This document shows positions 28,609 to 33,732 of a stretch of 33,732 nucleotides of DNA, in pieces (within the stretch, counting starts at the first letter, position 1; every line of letters begins with the position of its first letter). This DNA is from a virus. Taxonomy: Duplodnaviria; Caudoviricetes. The position numbers and the translations under genes are program-made. The DNA lies in IMG/VR virus record IMGVR_UViG_3300044617_001497, positions 1 to 33,732 of that record. The stretch is one strand, 5' to 3'. The notes under the pieces were generated by a model. The model did not search any database. It was given only the letters and a program-made list of their open reading frames with translations, and had not been told where the DNA came from.

Positions 28609-28761
28609 TTAAGTTTTTTTATTTTGTTCAATTAATTTATCAATGATGTATCTTCTTTCGTAAGTTGGCATACGATAAAAGTCCGTATAGGAAATGTGTA
28701 ACATTTTTGCTAGAAAAATATATTCTTCTAAAATATATCCTCTATGTTCAGAAGAAAGGCC
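28609..28761 (-). CDS. gp51-like / gpT-like chaperone extension, probably expressed by +1 frameshift from the upstream gene
   Basis: Not in the ORF track. The +1 frame reads GLSSEHRGYILEEYIFLAKMLHISYTDFYRMPTYERRYIIDKLIEQNKKT* (50 codons) and fills the gap before the tape measure gene. MPTYERRY resembles the gp51-type MPxxER motif. It overlaps the upstream stop and its only ATGs are internal. Confidence 0.7.
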   Translation of the reverse strand, partial: GLSSEHRGYILEEYIFLAKMLHISYTDFYRMPTYERRYIIDKLIEQNKKT

Positions 28762-29512
28762 GAAAAAATTCCACCCCAAAGGCAACGTTCACGTTGACTC
28801 TTTCTCCTGACGGGGCGGTTACTTCTTTTGTTAAATCTAATCTGGGTTCGTTTTCTAATACGAATGTCCTGATATGTTTAGAGTCCATAATTGGCATGGT
28901 CTCAATAAATTTTGCAATATCTCCTCTGTCTGTACTACCATTAATATCAACAATCATTTTGTTTAATCTCAAAGTAATAATTGGTGATACCCTTCCTTGT
29001 GGATATGAATCTAATATAGATTCTATTTCAATAGTGTCTCTCATGGTTAATGGTTTTATTTTTACAGTCGCCTTACTTTTAGGTAGAGTTGTTGTAAATG
29101 TCCCATCGTTATCTGGTAATACTTTTGTTTTTTTAATGTTCATCTCATCTAAAAAGACTGATGTTTCAAATGGTCTATTTGTTTGTGGATCTGTAACCAT
29201 TAATTTATATTCAGGACCAAATGATGTGTTTCTTAAAAATATAAGAATAGCCTCAATGTCTCCATCTAATAATTCTTCGGGTCTTAAATCTGGTTCATAT
29301 AACTTACTTCTTAATAAAGGTAGAATAATACTTTCTTTAATTGTTTTTCTTGAATCCATGTTTACAAGAATGTTTTCATCGGCCGCAGTTAAATAACCAA
29401 TTTTTACATTTTTCTTTTTTGACGGATAAAAAATACCACCCGATGGTAATGACACAACATCGTGGGGAAGATTAAAATTCATTTGACCGTAGTCGTTTAC
29501 GTTATTGTCCAT
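28748..29512 (-). CDS. Tail/baseplate hub assembly chaperone, T4 gp26-like
   Basis: 254 aa. Duplicated motifs VSLPSGG...IGYLTAADENIL and TTLPKSKATVKIKPLTMRD; LLDGDIEAILIFLRNTSFG; ends FGVEFFRPFF. Lies between tube and tape measure genes. Confidence 0.8.
   Translation of the reverse strand: MDNNVNDYGQMNFNLPHDVVSLPSGGIFYPSKKKNVKIGYLTAADENILVNMDSRKTIKESIILPLLRSKLYEPDLRPEELLDGDIEAILIFLRNTSFGPEYKLMVTDPQTNRPFETSVFLDEMNIKKTKVLPDNDGTFTTTLPKSKATVKIKPLTMRDTIEIESILDSYPQGRVSPIITLRLNKMIVDINGSTDRGDIAKFIETMPIMDSKHIRTFVLENEPRLDLTKEVTAPSGERVNVNVAFGVEFFRPFF
28760..28768 (-). other. Candidate +1 ribosomal frameshift site TTT_TTT_CGG
   Basis: UUU_CGN-type motif four codons before the stop; slipping TTT to TTC enters the gp51-like frame. 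Confidence 0.6.
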
Positions 29513-29575
29513 ATATAGATTTGTTTTACCTTAAATATAATTTCACATTATTTTTAGTAAACAATTGTGGACAAC

Positions 29576-29610
29576 AAAAAAAATCCCTAATACCGAAGTA
29601 AAGGGATTTT
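29576..29610 (-). terminator. Intrinsic terminator after the tail tube gene
   Basis: Minus strand AAAATCCCT-TTAC-TTCG-GTA-TT-AGGGATTTT followed by a T run; cUUCGg loop. Confidence 0.8.
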
Positions 29611-29633
29611 GAAAAAAATATTTTGAAGTATTT

Positions 29634-30122
29634 CTAGTAAACCAAAATACAACGGTCCATTTGCAAAGTCGCTGAAATGTCGGCAATTGCATCTTGTGAA
29701 TAAGATAACGAACCAAAGTTAGCGTCAGTTAAGAAAGCTCCTTCTAAAATCCATTTCTCAACAACAACTCCGGTTGGGTCTAACATTTCAAGGTCCACAT
29801 TCTTTTTGTAACCTGCGGCATAACCCATACGACCTGTTACAGATTCTGCACATAGACGTACCCACTCCATAATTGCTTGAGACGCTGATGGTCCAATTGG
29901 GTCTCTAAACTTAACATTAATCGAATTCCATACGAATCTACCCGCAACATAAGTTGAAGTATTTAGAAATTGAATTTCAGTTGAGTTGATTTTGATTGTG
30001 GGTCTTGATGCACTTTCCACAAACCACTCGTTGATACCTAAACTTGAAGGAAAACGTAAAATAAACCTGTTCTGTCTTTTAGGTTCATACGGAACTGGCA
30101 TTTTCATTAATAAATCAGCCAT
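29634..30122 (-). CDS. Tail tube protein, T4 gp19-like
   Basis: 162 aa. YEPKRQNRF, YVAGRFVW, GYKKNVDLEMLDPTGVVVEKWILEGAF. Confidence 0.92.
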   Translation of the reverse strand: MADLLMKMPVPYEPKRQNRFILRFPSSLGINEWFVESASRPTIKINSTEIQFLNTSTYVAGRFVWNSINVKFRDPIGPSASQAIMEWVRLCAESVTGRMGYAAGYKKNVDLEMLDPTGVVVEKWILEGAFLTDANFGSLSYSQDAIADISATLQMDRCILVY

Positions 30123-30165
30123 AATTTTTTATTTTTTTTTGTTTTATGTTTATTCTTTTATTATG

Positions 30166-30172
30166 ATAAATA
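30166..30172 (-). promoter_or_regulatory. TATTTAT putative phage promoter element
   Basis: 43 nt upstream of the tube ATG, followed by a very A-rich leader. Confidence 0.55.
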
Positions 30173-30211
30173 TATCAAGTCAAAAAATTTTTCTATTTAC
30201 TTTGGTTTTTT

Positions 30212-31126
30212 TTAAAATATTCTTCTTTTAATTCTAGCAATAATATTCTCTGCTAATTTATTCTCTTTTATTTCTTCTTCTTCACCTGATTTAGTTAAAA
30301 AAGTTCTTAAAGATTTTAATCCTGTTTCTTTTGCTCTATCGCTCGATGCAATTGCATTTTTTTCATCATCATCTAAAAAGTGTACTTCTGGTTCTACAAA
30401 TAAAAATCCACTTTCTATTGGGCCCTTATCACCAATTTGATCATCAAAATATGCTTTCTTTTGTAATCTGTAAGAAAGTGCACTAACGTAGTCGTGGAAG
30501 TTTTTATTAGCCTGAAACTTTAATTCTTCTGGTGAAGCTGCTTCATCCGACTCAAAACTAACCGGAACAAAAACACATCTATTTAAATAATCTCTTACTA
30601 ATTCAGAATCACTCATGGGTTTTAATTTCATGGTTTCTCTAAATTTACGAAGTGAGTTTAACATTTGGTTTTTGTCAATACCCCCTCTTTCCATACTGAT
30701 TAATTTTAAAACAGCCTTTTTGAGTGTGTTAGGGTGGTGACCTCTTGCGGTGATTATTGCAAATATAACCCCATTATTAATTGCGTCTCTTAATTTTTCC
30801 CATCCTACTCGTACAAGTGGTGCTGTTTCTATATCTTCTAAAAATTTTCGGTCACCTGTAGTTCTAAAATCAACCAAAGCATCCGGTGAATAACCAACAA
30901 TAGTGTGACCTTCATATTCGAATTGCTCTTTTCCAATCATACCACGGTATTCTGCAAAATCTTCAGTCGACATACCAACATCTCTACCTTCTTTATCCAA
31001 TAGATAAATTTTTGTTGGCATTCTCATGATATTATCATCCCAATCTAAACTGGGATAAACGGTTGGTATAAATGAACCAACTTCAATTTCAGATAATATT
31101 TCTCTTACTAATTTTTTGTAATTCAT
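30212..31126 (-). CDS. HAD-superfamily hydrolase-like protein
   Basis: 304 aa. Motif I LDWDDNI, motif II IITARGH, motif III Lys (PEELK), motif IV FLDDDEKN. Confidence 0.75.
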   Translation of the reverse strand: MNYKKLVREILSEIEVGSFIPTVYPSLDWDDNIMRMPTKIYLLDKEGRDVGMSTEDFAEYRGMIGKEQFEYEGHTIVGYSPDALVDFRTTGDRKFLEDIETAPLVRVGWEKLRDAINNGVIFAIITARGHHPNTLKKAVLKLISMERGGIDKNQMLNSLRKFRETMKLKPMSDSELVRDYLNRCVFVPVSFESDEAASPEELKFQANKNFHDYVSALSYRLQKKAYFDDQIGDKGPIESGFLFVEPEVHFLDDDEKNAIASSDRAKETGLKSLRTFLTKSGEEEEIKENKLAENIIARIKRRIF

Positions 31127-31130
31127 ATTA

Positions 31131-31137
31131 ATAAATA
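31131..31137 (-). promoter_or_regulatory. TATTTAT putative phage promoter element
   Basis: 4 nt upstream of the HAD ATG, just after the sheath terminator. Confidence 0.5.
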
Positions 31138-31147
31138 CTTCATTAAT

Positions 31148-31181
31148 AAAAAAAAAGAGGTCAAATTTCTTTGACCCCTTT
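31148..31181 (-). terminator. Intrinsic terminator after the tail sheath gene
   Basis: Minus strand AAAGGGGTCAA-AGAAAT-TTGACCTCTTT plus a T run. The one non-canonical pair is G-U only on the minus strand. Confidence 0.8.
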
Positions 31182-31201
31182 CTTCTTGTTTTTTTATCTT
31201 A

Positions 31202-33732
31202 TTAGATATTTTCAAAAGACGCTCCAGTTGGTGTGATAAAGAAAGTAATATCAATAAACTCGAGTGATCTTGTAGGTTTAATATAAATTTTACCTACTAA
31301 TTGATTTTTATCTAAATCTTCTGTGTCATTAGATACTGTTACTCTAAAGTCATAAAGACCTCTGTCTCTTCTAATTGCATCTAATATCGGGTTTACAGCA
31401 TTTAAGAAGTCTTGTCTTACTTGTTGATCATTTTGATCAAACAACAATCTTACTGATACTGCGGAAATTAGTTTTCTTGCCTGAAGAAGTAATCGTCTAA
31501 CGTTGATTCTATCAAGTGCAGATTCTCTAACTTGAAGAGTTTTATTACCCCAAATTACCGTACCTACATCTGCAAACGTTGCGATTGGGTTAACTCTACC
31601 AAGATATAGAACATCTCTATCTTGTTGTGTCAACTTCTTACGAGCTTTAATTGAGTTAACAATACCACGAGTATAACCAGCCGCTGCGAACCAAGGGAAC
31701 GCGATGTTGTCGGTTAATGCTAGGTTTCTTGTAACTTCAGCAGTTGCAGGAATGTACAATTGTGTATTGTTTACATTATCTCTAGTTAATACCCATGGAT
31801 AATAAGTTGCCGTATAGTTAGAATCAATTCCAGTTTCTTCTAAAATATCAACAGCTTCTTGAGGGTAAATCATATTATCTCCTTCAGTTGTAGTTGCCAC
31901 AAACATATTGTAATCTGGAAGTGTTGCGATATATAGTGAATCCGCTCTTTCTTCCTCAACCATACTAATTGCTTGTTCTACAAGGTCAGAGTTATTTTGA
32001 ATATCAATACCAGGTGTTACAAATACGTTAATGTTAACTGCTTCTGGGTTGGCAAATGTTCTTTGACCCAACAAGTATGCGTAATAGTCAGTATTTCCGT
32101 ATTCAATAGTTCCGTCCCCAATTGATATTTGTTTAAATAATCCATTACCCTTACCTTTAGGGAATCTTAATGATGGACAAGCCCCGTTCAAGAAACCACT
32201 TCTACCAAGTGCAAATTTATCAGCGTTTGTTCTATATTCTCTATAGATGTCCCAACCATCAAATCCACCATATACAAACACTGTGAATTTTCTAGCGATT
32301 AGTCTGTAATATGGATCATCAGTATTTTCTGGTTCAGAAGAGAATGGTGCGGAACCAACTTCATAAGCTGGTGTACCACTTGATGCAAAACCTGATGAAA
32401 TAGTAATACCACTTGCGAATTGATCCATGTGGAAACCTTTTGTTTTAAAGTTCCAATCAGTACCATCTCCATTACATAAATCAAATGGTTTAACTTTTCC
32501 TTTATATTGGAAGAAGTCAGAGTCATAACCCCAGTAAGAACCTAGACCTAGATATGTTTTTCTTACATTATCTCCAGCACTTACAAATGCGTCGTCTTGT
32601 CCAGTTGTTGTTCCAAAAGGTGGGTTGTAAACTTGTTCACCTGGAAGGAAGTATTTAGTTTTATACACTGGGTAAGGTGAGTTACCAGCTGGATATTCTC
32701 TAAATGTATAACCTTCAAATCCACAAGGAATCGCGTCTACCGGTGCATCTGGGTTCATTTCAATTAAAACATATTTTGATTTCAACTCATATTCACCATC
32801 TAAAGTACCAATTTTTTTAGCGATAAAATTATTTTCAGATGGATTCATCGAACAATTAGTGAATTTTTCTAATACAACTGGGTTAGCGTCGGTATCAAAA
32901 TAATCTCTTACTAATACAGTAAATGTTTCATTATTAAATGATAAGTCTGAAATTGAAATTTTAACTTCGGTGTTTGCTGAATTTCCATCAGAAATTGTAA
33001 AGAATTTAAATAGGTTATAAACTTTAGAACCTCTTAATTCGGAAACAATCCATGGTGTACTTGGAGATTGGAATCTTTCCATGTACCATCCAATAGTTTG
33101 AGGGTCATTACCTTGAGCTCCTTGAGCGGATACAACCACAGGACTTAAACCTCTGATAAAACCTTTATTCCATCCATAAGTTAATAATGTACTATATAGT
33201 TCTTCTACCATTAGAGGAACTGTAGTTCTTGGTTTGTCAAAGTTTCCTCTACCAAATACTTTACTGATGTTGTTAGCGTCTGACACACTTAATGAAACTT
33301 CAAAGTTAAATACAGTTCCATCGTTATTGATAGCTTGAATTTCAAATGGTAAGAATGGGTTTTTCAAAACACCATTGTATGTTCCAGTCATATCATAAGT
33401 TACTTGTGATGTACCAGTTACTTCGAAAATAGGATTAATTTCGTCTGAATAAGTTGATAATCCTCTACTTCTTAAAGTACAAACAACTAAATCATCATAT
33501 TGTGTAAATGATGTACCAGTGTAATAGTAAATCATACCAACCACTGTACCTGCATAACAATCAATAACAACAGGTGCTGTTGTTGTTGTAGTTGTAATAG
33601 GGGTTGGTGTAACACAAGGATTAGTAGTTGTTGTTGTAGTTGTTGGAGGAACTCCAGTAGTAGTTGAAGTTGTAACTGGATTCAAATGAGTGATCCCCGT
33701 TACAGTTGTAAAGAACGAATAACCAGTATATT
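31202..33732 (-). CDS. Contractile tail sheath protein (T4 gp18-like), 5'-truncated
   Basis: C-terminal sheath domain YTATYYPW, PWFAAAGYTRG, VNPI, IWGNKTL, SALDRINVRRLL, IKPTRSLEFI. The frame stays open past the track's TTG at 33685 (YTGYSFFTTVTGITHLNP) to the window end. Confidence 0.95.
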   Translation of the reverse strand, partial: YTGYSFFTTVTGITHLNPVTTSTTTGVPPTTTTTTTNPCVTPTPITTTTTTAPVVIDCYAGTVVGMIYYYTGTSFTQYDDLVVCTLRSRGLSTYSDEINPIFEVTGTSQVTYDMTGTYNGVLKNPFLPFEIQAINNDGTVFNFEVSLSVSDANNISKVFGRGNFDKPRTTVPLMVEELYSTLLTYGWNKGFIRGLSPVVVSAQGAQGNDPQTIGWYMERFQSPSTPWIVSELRGSKVYNLFKFFTISDGNSANTEVKISISDLSFNNETFTVLVRDYFDTDANPVVLEKFTNCSMNPSENNFIAKKIGTLDGEYELKSKYVLIEMNPDAPVDAIPCGFEGYTFREYPAGNSPYPVYKTKYFLPGEQVYNPPFGTTTGQDDAFVSAGDNVRKTYLGLGSYWGYDSDFFQYKGKVKPFDLCNGDGTDWNFKTKGFHMDQFASGITISSGFASSGTPAYEVGSAPFSSEPENTDDPYYRLIARKFTVFVYGGFDGWDIYREYRTNADKFALGRSGFLNGACPSLRFPKGKGNGLFKQISIGDGTIEYGNTDYYAYLLGQRTFANPEAVNINVFVTPGIDIQNNSDLVEQAISMVEEERADSLYIATLPDYNMFVATTTEGDNMIYPQEAVDILEETGIDSNYTATYYPWVLTRDNVNNTQLYIPATAEVTRNLALTDNIAFPWFAAAGYTRGIVNSIKARKKLTQQDRDVLYLGRVNPIATFADVGTVIWGNKTLQVRESALDRINVRRLLLQARKLISAVSVRLLFDQNDQQVRQDFLNAVNPILDAIRRDRGLYDFRVTVSNDTEDLDKNQLVGKIYIKPTRSLEFIDITFFITPTGASFENI
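33572..33679 (-). repeat. Thr/Pro-rich low-complexity segment within the sheath
   Basis: PVTTSTTTGVPPTTTTTTTNPCVTPTPITTTTTTAP: 20 Thr in 36 residues. Confidence 0.9.

Noticed and set aside
28665-29396. 243-aa plus-strand ORF
   Set aside because: Antisense shadow of the gp26-like gene with a TTG start and no recognisable motif; typical of codon bias on the opposite strand.
29513-29633. tRNA or structured ncRNA in the largest intergenic gaps
   Set aside because: The gaps are at most about 120 nt and are explained by terminators, promoter-like motifs and A-rich leaders; no cloverleaf seen.
33683-33685. Track start codon for the sheath
   Set aside because: It is an internal TTG (Leu); the frame is open to the window edge, so the true start lies outside.

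Overview
This is an AT-rich, gene-dense segment of a large myovirus-type (contractile-tailed, probably jumbo) phage. Every credible gene is on the minus strand, and TAA, TAG and TGA all serve as stops. In transcription order (right to left) it encodes: tail sheath (5'-truncated, with a Thr-rich insert), a HAD-family enzyme, tail tube, a gp26-like tail/baseplate chaperone with a hidden gp51-like ORF in the +1 frame, tape measure, a 1792-aa tube-initiator-like protein (OmpA-like domain, Cys-rich repeats), a LysM/gp53-like wedge protein, a 2165-aa hub protein with a C-terminal glucosaminidase-like domain, and two small unknowns. A terminator-bounded replication cassette follows (ssb, GT2 glycosyltransferase, recA, 5'-3' exonuclease, helicase, class II RNR, HNH endonuclease, DUF5522), then gp25- and gp6-like wedge genes and a 3'-truncated gene with long hydrophobic segments that the ORF track misses. 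The strongest hidden signals are a candidate +1 programmed frameshift (TTT_TTT_CGG) joining the gp26-like and gp51-like ORFs, a recurrent TATTTAT upstream motif, and giant baseplate proteins carrying cell-envelope-interacting modules. The lack of Shine-Dalgarno sites suggests a Bacteroidota host (inference). All family calls come from motif recognition by eye, not from database searches.
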